64,000 nucleotides of DNA from Acidimicrobiaceae bacterium (GCA_027449665.1 DAIDLE010000002.1:127587-191586); one strand, 5' to 3'; shown: positions 8,391 through 20,484, numbered from the stretch's first letter. The notes: generated by a model not told the origin, from the sequence alone. Translations and numbers: made by a program.

Positions 8391-10868
8391 CTAGTCAACC
8401 ACCGCCGGCACGACGGCCGCGGTCGCCACGCTGTGCCCGTCATCGAGGTTCATCACGCGCACGCCCGTGGCGTCGCGACCCTGCGAGGAGACTTCGCGAA
8501 CCGGCGTTCGAATGAGCACGCCGCCGCTCGAGGCCAGCAGCACCTCATCGGCCAGCTCCACCATGAACGCCGCCACGACGAAGCCGCGGGCCGCCGTCAG
8601 TCGGATGGCTCGAACCCCCTGGCCACCGCGGCCCTGGGCGTTGAAGCGCTCGGTTTTCACGCGCTTGCCGAATCCGGTGTCGGTGACGAGGAATAAGTCG
8701 GCGTCGGCGCGAACGACGTCGAGCGATATCGCTCGATCATCGTCCTTCAGACGAATGCCTCGCACGCCGGTGGCGTCGCGACCCATCTCACGCACCTCGG
8801 CCTCGGTGAAGCGAATGGCCATCCCTCGAAAGGTGACCATCATCAGGTCATCGGCGCCACTCGTCGCCACAACTCGAACGACCTCGTCGCCGTCACGCAA
8901 CTTGATGGCAATCCAGCCCTCGCGACGAGACTTGTCGTATTCGGAGAACGACGTCTTCTTCACCGTGCCGTTCGCGGTAGCGAAAACGAGGAACTTGTCG
9001 CGCGGAAAGTCCTTGGTCGCCACGATCGCCTGGATCGACTCGTTTGGCAAGAGGTTGAGCAAGTTGACGACCGCCGTTCCCTTCGCCGTGCGCTCCTTCA
9101 TCGGTATCTCGTGCCCGCGCAGCCGAAAGACTCGACCCCGGTTCGAGAAGAGCAGGAGGTGGGCGTGCGTCGTCGTATGCACGATCTGGTCCACGAAGTC
9201 CTCGTCGCGCAGCTTGGCCCCCTGCACACCCCGACCCCCACGGCCCTGGGTCCGAAAGGCGTCGGCCGACACGGACTTGACGTAACCAGCGCGGGTCATC
9301 GTGATCACCACGTCCTCGTCGTCGATCAGGTCCTCCACGCCTAGCTCACCGGGATCGTTCACCACCTGGGTCAGCCGCTCGTTGGCGTACTTGGTCTTGA
9401 TCGCCGAGATCTCCTCCGCGATAACCGCTCGCAGCTTGGCGTCGCTCGCCAAGATCGCGCGAAGCTCGTTGATCGTTTCGGCTAGACGGACCATCTCCTC
9501 TTCGAGTTCGCTTCGCCCGAGCCTGGTCAGTCGCCCCAGAGTCATGTCGAGGATGTGGTTCGCCTGCTCCTCGGAGAAGGAGAAAGGGGTGGCCATCAGG
9601 GATGTGCGTGCCGCGGGCCGATCATCTGAACCCCGAATCGTCGCGATCACTTGATCGAGCATGTCAATGGCTCGCAAGAGTCCTTCGACGATGTGGGCCC
9701 GAGCTTCCGCCTTGCGCAGGCGAAACTGGGTGCGCCGGGTCACGACCTCAATCTGGTGAGCGATGTAGTGGGTCAATGCTTGGGACAGGTTGAGCGTTCG
9801 CGGCACCCCGTCAACGAGCGCCAGCATGTTCACCGCGAACGTCGTTTGCAGGGTGGTGTTCTTGTAGAGCTTGTTCAGCACTACGTTGGCATTGGCGTCG
9901 CGCTTGAGGCGAATCACCAAGCGGGCTTGGCGGCCAGCCGAGTCGTTCTGCACGCCGGCCACCCCGTCCAATTCTCCCGCCTTCACGAGGTCGTAGATTT
10001 TCTCCTCGACTGACTCCACCGATACTTCGTAGGGGAACTCGGTGACGACAATGTGGGTCTCGCCGCGGTGCTCGTCAACCTCGGCCACCGCGCGGACCTT
10101 GATGGAGCCGCGTCCGGTGCGGTACGCGTCGAGGATGCCCTGTCGACCGAGAATCTGCGCGCCCGTCGGGAAGTCGGGACCCTTGACGAATCGCATGAGG
10201 TCGTCGGGGGTAGCGCTGGGGTTGGCGAGGAGGTGCAATGTTGCGTCGATGACTTCGGCGAGATTGTGAGGCGGGATCTTGGTTGCCATGCCGACGGCGA
10301 TGCCTTGTGAGCCGTTGACCAGAAGGTTTGGGAAGCGACTCGGCAGCACGGTGGGCTGCTGGTTCGTGTTGTCGTAGTTGGGTTCGAAGTCGACCGTCTC
10401 TTCGTCAATGGAGTCCAGCAACTCCAGGGCGAGCGGGGCGAGGCGGCATTCGGTGTAGCGCATCGCGGCCGCACCTTCGTCGGGGCCCGTACCACCAAAG
10501 TTGCCGTGACCACTGATGAGCGGGTGGCGCATGGCGAAATCCTGGACCATGCGCACTAAGGCGTCGTAGATCGCGCTGTCGCCGTGAGGGTGGTACGTCC
10601 CCATCACCTCACCAACCACCTTTGCGCACTTCGTGTGCGGTCGGTCAGGACGAAGACCCTGGTCGAACATCGAGTAGAGAATCCGTCGGTGAACGGGCTT
10701 GAGCCCGTCTCTGGCGTCGGGTAGGGCCCGCGAGACGATGACGGACATCGAGTACTCGAGAAATGACCGCTCCATCTCAAGGTTGATCTCGATCGGTTCG
10801 ACGTAGCCGACGACGACCTCGCCGACGTCGTCGGACGAACTCGCGGGAATGTTCTTTTTTCGGGCCAT
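8391..10868 (-). CDS. gyrA: DNA gyrase subunit A
   Basis: 825 aa. Motifs include [29 protein letters not shown] and AAAMRYTE, followed by C-terminal beta-pinwheel repeats. Confidence 0.97.
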   Translation of the reverse strand: MARKKNIPASSSDDVGEVVVGYVEPIEINLEMERSFLEYSMSVIVSRALPDARDGLKPVHRRILYSMFDQGLRPDRPHTKCAKVVGEVMGTYHPHGDSAIYDALVRMVQDFAMRHPLISGHGNFGGTGPDEGAAAMRYTECRLAPLALELLDSIDEETVDFEPNYDNTNQQPTVLPSRFPNLLVNGSQGIAVGMATKIPPHNLAEVIDATLHLLANPSATPDDLMRFVKGPDFPTGAQILGRQGILDAYRTGRGSIKVRAVAEVDEHRGETHIVVTEFPYEVSVESVEEKIYDLVKAGELDGVAGVQNDSAGRQARLVIRLKRDANANVVLNKLYKNTTLQTTFAVNMLALVDGVPRTLNLSQALTHYIAHQIEVVTRRTQFRLRKAEARAHIVEGLLRAIDMLDQVIATIRGSDDRPAARTSLMATPFSFSEEQANHILDMTLGRLTRLGRSELEEEMVRLAETINELRAILASDAKLRAVIAEEISAIKTKYANERLTQVVNDPGELGVEDLIDDEDVVITMTRAGYVKSVSADAFRTQGRGGRGVQGAKLRDEDFVDQIVHTTTHAHLLLFSNRGRVFRLRGHEIPMKERTAKGTAVVNLLNLLPNESIQAIVATKDFPRDKFLVFATANGTVKKTSFSEYDKSRREGWIAIKLRDGDEVVRVVATSGADDLMMVTFRGMAIRFTEAEVREMGRDATGVRGIRLKDDDRAISLDVVRADADLFLVTDTGFGKRVKTERFNAQGRGGQGVRAIRLTAARGFVVAAFMVELADEVLLASSGGVLIRTPVREVSSQGRDATGVRVMNLDDGHSVATAAVVPAVVD

Positions 10869-10880
10869 AGTTCTCCGGAC

Positions 10881-12884
<2,004 letters not shown>

Positions 12885-12946
12885 CTACCCGAATGACTGT
12901 GACACCACTCTGCCTGACGAGCGGTCCGTGACCTCGCGAGCCGTGG

Positions 12947-13252
12947 TTACGGCGAGGTGAGCGAGGTCCGTAACGCGCGGGGCGCCTCGTCGCCGAGTGA
13001 CGAGAACGTGGCCAGAATCGACGCTCGTTGGTGGTGGACGCGTTGGGCATCAGCCCCCGTCGGTACGGCGATGACTAAGACGCCGTCGCGAATAAATAGT
13101 GGTCGACATCGTTCACGAATCGTGCTGTCATCGCACTGGTCCCACAGAGTCTGAATTCGATCACTGAGTCGTAGGTCGACACGTCGTAGGCGTCCAGCTA
13201 CGCCGTCGAGCACCTCGCGCAGCTCGTGAGGCTCGTCGCGTCGTCTGGTCAT
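12947..13252 (-). CDS. DUF721 (DciA-like) small protein
   Basis: 101 aa, sitting in the conserved actinobacterial slot between recF and gyrB. The call rests on size and position, which match the Rv0004-type DUF721 protein. Confidence 0.65.
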   Translation of the reverse strand: MTRRRDEPHELREVLDGVAGRLRRVDLRLSDRIQTLWDQCDDSTIRERCRPLFIRDGVLVIAVPTGADAQRVHHQRASILATFSSLGDEAPRALRTSLTSP

Positions 13253-14331
13253 GGTTGTCCTGTGGTGAGATCCACGATCGCTGCTGGTGCTAGGCGTGTT
13301 GGTAGAGGTGTAGCTGTTGTCACCAGTGTTTGTCCCGCTGGGAGTAGATCGAGCAACCGGTCGCTGCGAACTGGATCAAGCTCACTGAAGACGTCGTCGA
13401 GTAGCAGTAGTGGCTCAACACCGCGACGTTGGCGTACGAGCTCATGACCGGCGAGACGCAGCGCTAGCGCAAGGGAACGCTGCTCCCCTTGTGAGGACTG
13501 TCGTCGCGCGTCTCGAGTATCTAGGGTGACAATGATGTCGTCGCGATGTGGACCAAGGGTGGTGTGTCCTCGCGCAAGGTCATCATCGATGATGTCGCGT
13601 AGGGCAGCCACGAGCAATCCTCGCCATGACCGTTCGTACCCAACCGCAACCACCTGCTTATTATTGGCGAGTGCAGCGTAGTACTCCTGCACCAAAGGCG
13701 CGAGACCGACGAGCAGCGCCACGCGTTCATGGGCGAGTTCTTCGCCGATCGACGCGAGATCCACTGTCCACACATCGAGTTCATCACGCTCACCCGATGT
13801 AGGACGTTTCCCAGTGAGCCGACGCAGTAGGGCGTTTCGTTGAGTCAAAGTTCGAGCGAAGCGTTCGAGTAGTTGACTGCTGGTCGGTACGACGTCGTCC
13901 AGGAGGTGGTTGATGAAGGTACGACGGTGTTCGGGTCCTTGGCGAACTACATCAACTCCCTCGGGGGTAAATACCGTCAGCGGCAACGCCGCGGCGAGGT
14001 CCACGCGTGACGTTGGCCGTTGGCCGTTGATCAGCATTCGCTTCTGGGTTGATCGAACTCCTTTGGTAATGGTGAGGTCGACTTGGAGTCGCCGCTCGTG
14101 GTGGAACAGAACACCGTGCACCTCGGCGACGGATGACCCGGTCCGCACCATGTCACCCGCGTTGGTGGTACGAAAGGACCCGCCTGTCGCGAGTGCGTAG
14201 ACCGCTTCTAGAACAGAGCTTTTCCCTGTGCCGTTAGGGGACAATAAGACGGTCACGGCCTGGGGATCGGGCTGGAAGTGTAGTTCGTGGAACAGACGAA
14301 AATCTCGAACGGTGAGTTCGTGGAGTCCCAC
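13249..14331 (-). CDS. recF: DNA replication/repair protein RecF
   Basis: The N-terminus LTVRDFRLF...LSPNGTGKSSVLEA is a Walker A motif. A C-terminal LLLDDVFSELD Walker B is present, and the gene follows dnaN. Confidence 0.93.
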   Translation of the reverse strand: MGLHELTVRDFRLFHELHFQPDPQAVTVLLSPNGTGKSSVLEAVYALATGGSFRTTNAGDMVRTGSSVAEVHGVLFHHERRLQVDLTITKGVRSTQKRMLINGQRPTSRVDLAAALPLTVFTPEGVDVVRQGPEHRRTFINHLLDDVVPTSSQLLERFARTLTQRNALLRRLTGKRPTSGERDELDVWTVDLASIGEELAHERVALLVGLAPLVQEYYAALANNKQVVAVGYERSWRGLLVAALRDIIDDDLARGHTTLGPHRDDIIVTLDTRDARRQSSQGEQRSLALALRLAGHELVRQRRGVEPLLLLDDVFSELDPVRSDRLLDLLPAGQTLVTTATPLPTRLAPAAIVDLTTGQP

Positions 14332-14345
14332 GTCAGTCGTACGTA

Positions 14346-15446
14346 CTACTGCACACGTACGGGCATCAGCAGATACCGAAAACGTAGGTCGTCGACGCCA
14401 TGAACCATCGCGGGCCGGACTGAATCTGACATCTCCAATACCACTTCGTCTCCGGTTACTGCTTCAATCCCGTCGATGAGGAAGTTCGGGTTAAACGCAA
14501 TAGTTAAGTCTTCTCCGACGTAGTCGGCGTCCACGTTATCTTCAACCCCACCGGCATCTTGGCTCTGAGTTCGGATCTCCACCATTCGGTCTTTAACAGT
14601 CAGTCGCACTGACGAGGTGGAGTCCTTGGCGAGGAGTTTGGCACGGCGTAGTGATGTGAGCAGTGTGTCTTTCGCAACGCGTAATTGGCTGGGGTAACTA
14701 GCGGGTATGAGTTGAAGTACGGATGGATAGTTACCCTCAATCAACCGCGAAGAAATGTTGGTGCGGCCGACGAGGAAAGAGATCTCCGATTCGGTAAGTG
14801 TTACGCCAATCTCGGCGTTGGGCGCGAGCGACGATGAGGCTCGCTGCAGCTCTTGGAGAGCTCGAGCGGGTACAAGAAGGTCGTGTGCGGCACCGAGTGA
14901 GGAGACCCCAGGTACGTCACGAACGGCGAGGCGGTACGAATCGGTGGCGATAAGACGCAGCGCCTCCTTGTCGGTTGTTAGTAGTACACCGGTTAGCAGT
15001 GGCCGTGCGTCGTCGGTCGCGGCTGCCCGCACAACCTGATTGATCGCTTGAATTAGGTCAACGGCCGGGATCGTAATGAGGTTTCCTGTAATTGGTGGCA
15101 GTTTGGGATAGTCCATGGTTGCGAACGTCCGTAGTGAAAACTTTGCTCGCCCAAGTGACACCTCGACGACTTCGTCGTTGCTGTCGATCGTCACCGCGCC
15201 GGCCTCTAGTGAACGGACTGCGTCGACGATCAGTCGCGCTGGTATCACCACGGAGCCGTTTTCCAGACCAATCACGTCAACGGTGGTTCGAACGGTGATA
15301 TCGAGATCCGTGCCAGTAATGATCAACTCATTGCCGGTGAGAGTGAGTAGGACGCCCGACGTCGCACCGACGAGGCGGGTCGACACGACGCGACTGGAGA
15401 GGGTAAGCGCTTCAACTAAAATGTCCCGCTCGGATTTGAACTTCAT
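14346..15446 (-). CDS. dnaN: DNA polymerase III beta sliding clamp
   Basis: 366 aa starting MKFKSERDILVEAL, with three-domain clamp length, immediately downstream of dnaA. Confidence 0.95.
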   Translation of the reverse strand: MKFKSERDILVEALTLSSRVVSTRLVGATSGVLLTLTGNELIITGTDLDITVRTTVDVIGLENGSVVIPARLIVDAVRSLEAGAVTIDSNDEVVEVSLGRAKFSLRTFATMDYPKLPPITGNLITIPAVDLIQAINQVVRAAATDDARPLLTGVLLTTDKEALRLIATDSYRLAVRDVPGVSSLGAAHDLLVPARALQELQRASSSLAPNAEIGVTLTESEISFLVGRTNISSRLIEGNYPSVLQLIPASYPSQLRVAKDTLLTSLRRAKLLAKDSTSSVRLTVKDRMVEIRTQSQDAGGVEDNVDADYVGEDLTIAFNPNFLIDGIEAVTGDEVVLEMSDSVRPAMVHGVDDLRFRYLLMPVRVQ

Positions 15447-15575
15447 CGGCTGCCTTTCGTCGACTACTGAGGTTACGTCTCTTGGTCTGTAGATGGGGTG
15501 GTTGGTAGTAGTAGGGGTGTGTGGTGTTGTTTGTTTTCCATCTTTCCTGGTAAATAGCTATTTATATAATCTGAG

Positions 15576-15584
15576 TTACCCACA
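15576..15584 (+). promoter_or_regulatory. DnaA-box-like 9-mer TTACCCACA
   Basis: One mismatch to TTATCCACA; directly abuts the A/T run. Confidence 0.5.
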
Positions 15585-15682
15585 CGGCTGTTCGAAACTA
15601 TCTCAACCAATTGCTATGAAGTCTTACGTGATGTTGAAAACCAAAGAGTTTCTCACCGTACCCAAACAACAATTCACCCATG

Positions 15683-15691
15683 TTGTGCACA
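15683..15691 (+). promoter_or_regulatory. DnaA-box-like 9-mer TTGTGCACA
   Basis: One mismatch to the actinobacterial TTGTCCACA; lies 2 nt from the dnaA stop codon. Confidence 0.45.
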
Positions 15692-15693
15692 AA

Positions 15694-17058
15694 TTATTCG
15701 AAGCCCTCCCCTTGGAGTCGGCGCTTCAAGTGATTGATCTGGGCGAGTAGATCGCCGTTGAGGGGCAACTGCTGCTTGATCTTCTCTACCCCACTGATCA
15801 CCGTCGTGTGATTACGACCATCAAAGATTCTCGCGATCATGGGGTATGAGTAGTTGTCAAGTAGTTCTCGGATGAGATACATCGCTACGTGGCGTGCGTG
15901 CACCAACGGACGAAGTCGCTTCGAACCCTTGATTTCACCGACTGATAGTCCGTAGTAGTCCGACACGGCGTCCAAAATCGCCTCAGGTTTTAACGAGATC
16001 TGCTCGTGTCCCAGATTGTTGAGGTGATTCTTCGCTAAATCGAGCGAGATTGGCTCCTGGCGCAGATTTGCGAACGCCCGCAGCATTGTTACTGAGCCTT
16101 CCAGCTCACGAATATTGTCCCGCACCCGATGAGCGATCCACTCGGCCACGTCACGCGGTAGGTCGACGTGTTCGGCCTCGGCTTTAGCGTGGAGAATCGC
16201 AATTCGTGTTTCTAGATCGGGCTGATCGATTTCGGTGACCAACCCCTGTAACAACCGACTACGGAAGCGTTCCTGGATGCCCGCGAGATCGCGTGGAGAT
16301 CGATCCGACGTTAGGACGATCTGTTTACCATCGCCGTGCAGCGCGTTGTAGGTGTGGAATATCTCTTCATGGAAAGTCTCGCCACGCGTTTCCATGAACT
16401 GGATGTCGTCAATCAACAAAACGTCGTTCTCGCGATACCTCTCGTGAAGTGCGAGCTGAGTACGTGTTTGGATTGCGCGAATGAAATCGTTGAGGAACGT
16501 TTCAGTGGAGACGTAGAGAACTTTGCGTTGAGGATAGTTCTCGTGCACATAGTTACCGATGGCGTGGAGCAAGTGCGTCTTACCAAGGCCAGAGTTGCCG
16601 TAGATCATCAACGGGTTATAGGCGCGACCAGGTGTTTCAGCTACCGACTGTGCCGCGGCAAAGGCGAGGCGGTTGGATGGACCGGGCACGAATGAATCAA
16701 AGGTCATTCGTGGATCGAGGCGAGCTGGACGATCGATGCTCACCGCAAAGGTGGCTGAAGCGACATCACTTGGCCTAGGGGGTGCTGGATCCTCACTCAC
16801 TGTCACCAACTGGTCACTCACGGTTAACAAGACGCGCACATCGCTACCGATAACCTGCTTCGCTTGCTCGATAATGAACGGCAGATACCGTTGCTGAACG
16901 CGCTGAAGCTGGATCTGATTGGGAGCACCAATGACAAGCTCGTCATCGTGATAATCCACAAGCCGGAGTGTATTGAGGCCAGCAGACCAGACGGCCTCAG
17001 ATGCATTACCACGTATGGAGTCTCGAAGTGCTACCCAAACATCCTCTCCATTCGTCAC
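15694..17058 (-). CDS. dnaA: chromosomal replication initiator DnaA
   Basis: Motifs GNSGLGKTHLLHAIGN (Walker A), LLIDDIQFM and the C-terminal DNA-binding helix HTTVISGVEKI. The start is set at the GTG preceded by GGAGGAG; the ORF-track start is 17094. Confidence 0.97.
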   Translation of the reverse strand: MTNGEDVWVALRDSIRGNASEAVWSAGLNTLRLVDYHDDELVIGAPNQIQLQRVQQRYLPFIIEQAKQVIGSDVRVLLTVSDQLVTVSEDPAPPRPSDVASATFAVSIDRPARLDPRMTFDSFVPGPSNRLAFAAAQSVAETPGRAYNPLMIYGNSGLGKTHLLHAIGNYVHENYPQRKVLYVSTETFLNDFIRAIQTRTQLALHERYRENDVLLIDDIQFMETRGETFHEEIFHTYNALHGDGKQIVLTSDRSPRDLAGIQERFRSRLLQGLVTEIDQPDLETRIAILHAKAEAEHVDLPRDVAEWIAHRVRDNIRELEGSVTMLRAFANLRQEPISLDLAKNHLNNLGHEQISLKPEAILDAVSDYYGLSVGEIKGSKRLRPLVHARHVAMYLIRELLDNYSYPMIARIFDGRNHTTVISGVEKIKQQLPLNGDLLAQINHLKRRLQGEGFE

Positions 17059-17086
17059 AATGCTCCTCCACAAGTCACAACTGACA

Positions 17087-17095
17087 TTTTCCACA
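17087..17095 (+). promoter_or_regulatory. DnaA-box-like 9-mer TTTTCCACA upstream of dnaA
   Basis: One mismatch to the TTATCCACA/TTGTCCACA consensus; lies in the dnaA-rpmH divergent spacer. Confidence 0.45.
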
Positions 17096-17258
17096 GGTCT
17101 TGAGCGCCAGATCCTCTCTCTGGCCCGGGAACCGTCACGTTACACCGTCAGCAGCCAGCGGGTCGGGTTCGCTCAGTACGGTAGGATATCCCCGTAGCGC
17201 TCGCCACCCCCAGGGGGTGTCGCGTAGCGTGTGCGACATCGTGTGAGAAGAGGTTTCT

Positions 17259-17393
17259 GTGAAGCGGACGTATCAACCCAATAAGCGAAAGCGCGCGAAA
17301 ACCCACGGTTTTCGAAGCCGGATGCGCACTCGAGCTGGTCGCGCAGTGCTCAAGGCTCGGCGTGCCAAGGGCCGTCACTCGTTAACGGTGTGA
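17259..17393 (+). CDS. rpmH: 50S ribosomal protein L34
   Basis: Too short for the ORF track. My translation is [44 protein letters not shown], with a GAGAAGAGG RBS. Confidence 0.95.
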   Translation: MKRTYQPNKRKRAKTHGFRSRMRTRAGRAVLKARRAKGRHSLTV

Positions 17394-17396
17394 GAG

Positions 17397-17729
17397 ATGC
17401 CCGATCGGGTCCAGACCCGACGGCAATTCGCGCGACTATCGACCCCCACAGCGCGTGGTCGAAGCGGTCCGCTGCGAATCGTCTTCGCTGAACCGACCGC
17501 AGACGACGATGCCGTGGCCGCCGCATACGCGATCAGCCGTAAAGTTGGAAACGCGGTGGTACGTAACCGAACTCGACGTCGACTCCGATCACTCTTGGAT
17601 GAGGTCAGTCTAACAATCAAGCCAGGAACATACCTGATCAAATGCTCAATAGAGATTGGAAACCTCTCGTATGATGAACTCCGACGCCACCTTCGCCGCG
17701 CGCTCAAAGACGCACGACTCTTCCGGTAA
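17397..17729 (+). CDS. rnpA: RNase P protein component
   Basis: 110 aa basic protein starting 3 nt after rpmH. It carries the RNR motif region KVGNAVVRNRTRRRLR. Confidence 0.9.
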   Translation: MPDRVQTRRQFARLSTPTARGRSGPLRIVFAEPTADDDAVAAAYAISRKVGNAVVRNRTRRRLRSLLDEVSLTIKPGTYLIKCSIEIGNLSYDELRRHLRRALKDARLFR

Positions 17730-17736
17730 CCCAACA

Positions 17737-17976
17737 TTGGGTACCCGGGTAGTGAGCCAGTTGATTGCGTCGTACCAACGCCTCACGAGCGGACGCCCGT
17801 CCCCGTGCCGCTTTTATCCATCGTGCTCGAACTACGCACTGGAGGCGGTATCTATTCACGGAGCTCGGTACGGCGTGTGGCTGGCACTTCGACGCGTGGT
17901 GCGATGTCGGCCCCTTGGCCCGCACGGGATCGATCTAGTCCCCGAAGTCCGACGTAGGACAAGGAGCCCGCAGTAA
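17737..17976 (+). CDS. yidD: membrane protein insertion efficiency factor YidD
   Basis: Motifs CRFYPSCSNYALEA and RCRPLGPHGIDLVP. The start is set at TTG 17737 just after the rnpA stop; GTG 17752 is an alternative. Confidence 0.8.
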   Translation: MGTRVVSQLIASYQRLTSGRPSPCRFYPSCSNYALEAVSIHGARYGVWLALRRVVRCRPLGPHGIDLVPEVRRRTRSPQ

Positions 17977-18920
17977 TGGCCTCGATCACTCACACCATAG
18001 GTTCAATCTTCCAGCCGATTTTCCATCTGTTCGGTTGGATCCTCGCGTTCCTCTACGGTCTTGTTCCCAATTACGCGGTAGCGATCACCCTGCTCACCGT
18101 CGTGATAATGGGTGCGTTAACACCCTTTACCGTGAAGAGCACGAAGTCGATGATGGCGATGCAGAAGTTGCAGCCTGAGATCAAGAAGCTGCAGCAGAAG
18201 TACAAGGGCCCCGAAAATCGCCAGACGCTCAACGAAGAGTTGATGCGGCTCTACAAAGAAGAGGGGGCCAACCCGGTAGGGGGATGTCTACCCGTCTTAC
18301 TGCAGGCACCATTTCTATTTATTTTGTATAGTGTTATTAAAGGCTTGGCGAACGTCACTCCAGCCGGTGTGGTCCAACCCCGGTACATCCCCACCACGTC
18401 AAAGATGTACCAGAACCTGGTGGCGTCGCATGGACAGATCAATGCATTTGGTATCGATCTTAACCTAAAGCCATTTAGTCACCATTCCTCAATCGCCGCA
18501 GCCATCCCCTTCTTCGTCATGGTTGCGGTTGCGGTTGCGTTGCAGTACTTCCAAATGGCGCAGATGAATAATCGCAACAAGAAGAGTGGTCAAGCGATGC
18601 CGAGTCAGCAGCAGGCACTCCAGCGCTTTCTGCCAATTTTCTTCGCGTACTTCTACATCGTTATTCCGTCAGCGGTCGTCTTGTACATGATCGTCTCAAC
18701 GATCATCAGAATCATCACGCAAGACCTCATGTTCCGTGCCGGAGTATCTAACCCAAACAAGGAGCGCGAGCGCGAGATTCCGGCCGCCGGAAAGTTAGAC
18801 ACCAGCGATGCTGAACGGGAGAAACCAGCACCAACGCCATCCCCGATAAAGAAACCCTCAACTATCAAACCGCAGTCGCAGACGAGATCGCGGTCTAAGC
18901 GGAAAAGAAAGGCGCGTTAA
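17976..18920 (+). CDS. yidC: membrane protein insertase YidC
   Basis: 314 aa with motifs KMQKLQPEIKKLQQKYK and GCLPVLLQAPFLF and a basic C-terminal tail. A TAATG overlap joins it to yidD. Confidence 0.93.
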   Translation: MASITHTIGSIFQPIFHLFGWILAFLYGLVPNYAVAITLLTVVIMGALTPFTVKSTKSMMAMQKLQPEIKKLQQKYKGPENRQTLNEELMRLYKEEGANPVGGCLPVLLQAPFLFILYSVIKGLANVTPAGVVQPRYIPTTSKMYQNLVASHGQINAFGIDLNLKPFSHHSSIAAAIPFFVMVAVAVALQYFQMAQMNNRNKKSGQAMPSQQQALQRFLPIFFAYFYIVIPSAVVLYMIVSTIIRIITQDLMFRAGVSNPNKEREREIPAAGKLDTSDAEREKPAPTPSPIKKPSTIKPQSQTRSRSKRKRKAR

Positions 18921-18923
18921 CCC

Positions 18924-19838
18924 ATGGATTGGGTGGAGACAACAGGGAAGTCAATCGACGAAGCTACGACGCGAGCACTTGAGCACCTCGGTGTGACAAA
19001 AGACGATGCCGAAATTGAGATTTTGGAGGAGCCCAAGACAGGACTCTTTGGCCGGGTCAAGGGTGAAGCTCGAGTACGTGCCAGAGTCCGCCCAACTGGT
19101 CCACGGCCGAAGCGTACGCGCCGAACGGGTGGGCGAGAAGAAAAGGCTCGCGGTGGTACTCGTCCCGAGAAGCAACACGGCCATCGCAAGGATGATTCCA
19201 GTTCTCGCCGAGGCGCCGGAACGGGGAAGGCCGAACTGGCCCAGATCCCCAAGGAGAAGAAAGAAAAGAGCAATGGGGGTGACAGTCACCCCAAGAGAGT
19301 GGTTAAAGCGAAGCAGACCCCAAGGGTCGAGAAAAGTCCGAAAGAGGAGGACAAAGTGGCCGAGGGAATGTCTCTAGCCGAGCAAGGCGTAATTGCGCAG
19401 GAGTTCCTGCAAGGATTACTTACGACGATGGGAATCACCGCAGTAGTACGTGTGCAAGAACTCGATGAGGAGACAGTCGAGCTAGCGATCGACGCCGATC
19501 CACCAACGGAGTTGGGGATTCTCGTTGGTCCTCGTGGATTGACGCTTCAAGCCTTGCAAGAGGTGACTCGTACGGTCGTCCAGGCCAAGAGTACGGGACG
19601 GACTGACCGTATTTTGGTTGATGTAGCTCGCTATCGAGAGCGACGAGTAGCCGCGCTCGGCCGATTTGCTTTGAAGGTAGCGCAAGAGGTAGTCGATACT
19701 GGGGAGGAGCGCGCTCTGGAACCCATGTCTGCAGCGGATCGAAAAGCAGTTCACGACGCATTGACGAGTTTTGAAAATGTCGTGACCCGTTCCGAAGGTG
19801 ACGAGCCCCGCCGATTTGTGGTTATTGCGCCGGCCTAA
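18924..19838 (+). CDS. jag: Jag/KhpB-type RNA-binding protein (Jag_N, KH, R3H)
   Basis: The N-terminus is MDWVETTGKSIDEATTRALEHLGV. A long K/R/E-rich linker follows, then C-terminal KH/R3H-like segments (LEPMSAADRKAVHDAL). It occupies the conserved position after yidC. Confidence 0.85.
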   Translation: MDWVETTGKSIDEATTRALEHLGVTKDDAEIEILEEPKTGLFGRVKGEARVRARVRPTGPRPKRTRRTGGREEKARGGTRPEKQHGHRKDDSSSRRGAGTGKAELAQIPKEKKEKSNGGDSHPKRVVKAKQTPRVEKSPKEEDKVAEGMSLAEQGVIAQEFLQGLLTTMGITAVVRVQELDEETVELAIDADPPTELGILVGPRGLTLQALQEVTRTVVQAKSTGRTDRILVDVARYRERRVAALGRFALKVAQEVVDTGEERALEPMSAADRKAVHDALTSFENVVTRSEGDEPRRFVVIAPA

Positions 19839-19850
19839 CTGACTAGTGCC

Positions 19851-20468
19851 GTGACATCACCATGGTTGCGTCGCGCCCTCGAGGAATCGAGGGCGCGAGG
19901 TTTTTTAGGACCCAAAGCTGTCGAGACGCAAATCGACCACGCAACGGGCTTTATTGACGCGTGGGATTATTTTCGTTCCACTCCCCCACGACGTACGTTG
20001 GATTTGGGGAGTGGTGGTGGTCTTCCTGGATTCGTTCTACTTGATCACTGGGAACTACCAATGGTTTTGCTTGATTCAATGGAAAGACGCACCGAATTCA
20101 TGAAACACGTCTTGTCGTGGTCTGAAGTACCCCTAGGGGCCGAAGTGTGGCGGGGTCGCGCAGAAGACGTCGCCCGTGAGAATCGAGGTGACTCCCAGTT
20201 TGAATTGGTTACCTCTAGATCGTTCGGTTCGCCAGCAACCACGGCTGAATGTGCCGTACGCTTCCTCGAGCTTGGGGGTCTGCTCATTGTCTCAGAGCCC
20301 CCTGAAGGCGCTGGTCGTTGGGATACGGACGGATTGGATGAGTTGGGTCTCGAAGACTTGGGCACGGTTCGGGTCCACGCAGGTTTCGAGGTGATTCAGA
20401 AAGTACGGGTCACCCCGCCGGGGTATCCTCGCTCGTCTGGCACGCCAAAGAAGCATCCCATCTTTTAA
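19851..20468 (+). CDS. rsmG: 16S rRNA (guanine527-N7)-methyltransferase
   Basis: SAM-binding motif LDLGSGGGLPGFVL, 205 aa, conserved position before parA. Confidence 0.9.
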   Translation: MTSPWLRRALEESRARGFLGPKAVETQIDHATGFIDAWDYFRSTPPRRTLDLGSGGGLPGFVLLDHWELPMVLLDSMERRTEFMKHVLSWSEVPLGAEVWRGRAEDVARENRGDSQFELVTSRSFGSPATTAECAVRFLELGGLLIVSEPPEGAGRWDTDGLDELGLEDLGTVRVHAGFEVIQKVRVTPPGYPRSSGTPKKHPIF

Positions 20469-20484
20469 CGTTTCACGTGAAACA
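20469..20484. promoter_or_regulatory. parS centromere-like site (cGTTTCACGTGAAACa)
   Basis: 15/16 match to the palindromic parS consensus TGTTTCACGTGAAACA; begins 1 nt after the rsmG stop. Confidence 0.8.

Larger units (their letters stand above)
15447..15693. other. probable oriC core (dnaA-dnaN intergenic spacer)
   Basis: A 247 bp non-coding spacer. It holds a 20 nt pure A/T run (15551-15570, taaatagctatttatataat), DnaA-box-like 9-mers at 15576 and 15683, TAGTAGTAG at 15506-15514 and a 50 nt C-free G/T-rich run at 15488-15537. This matches the usual actinobacterial oriC position. Confidence 0.7.

Noticed and set aside
15493-15750. An 85 aa ORF spanning the dnaA-dnaN spacer
   Set aside because: It runs through the A/T block and the DnaA-box region and into the dnaA 3' end on the opposite strand. 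It has no RBS and no recognisable protein features. The region is better explained as oriC.
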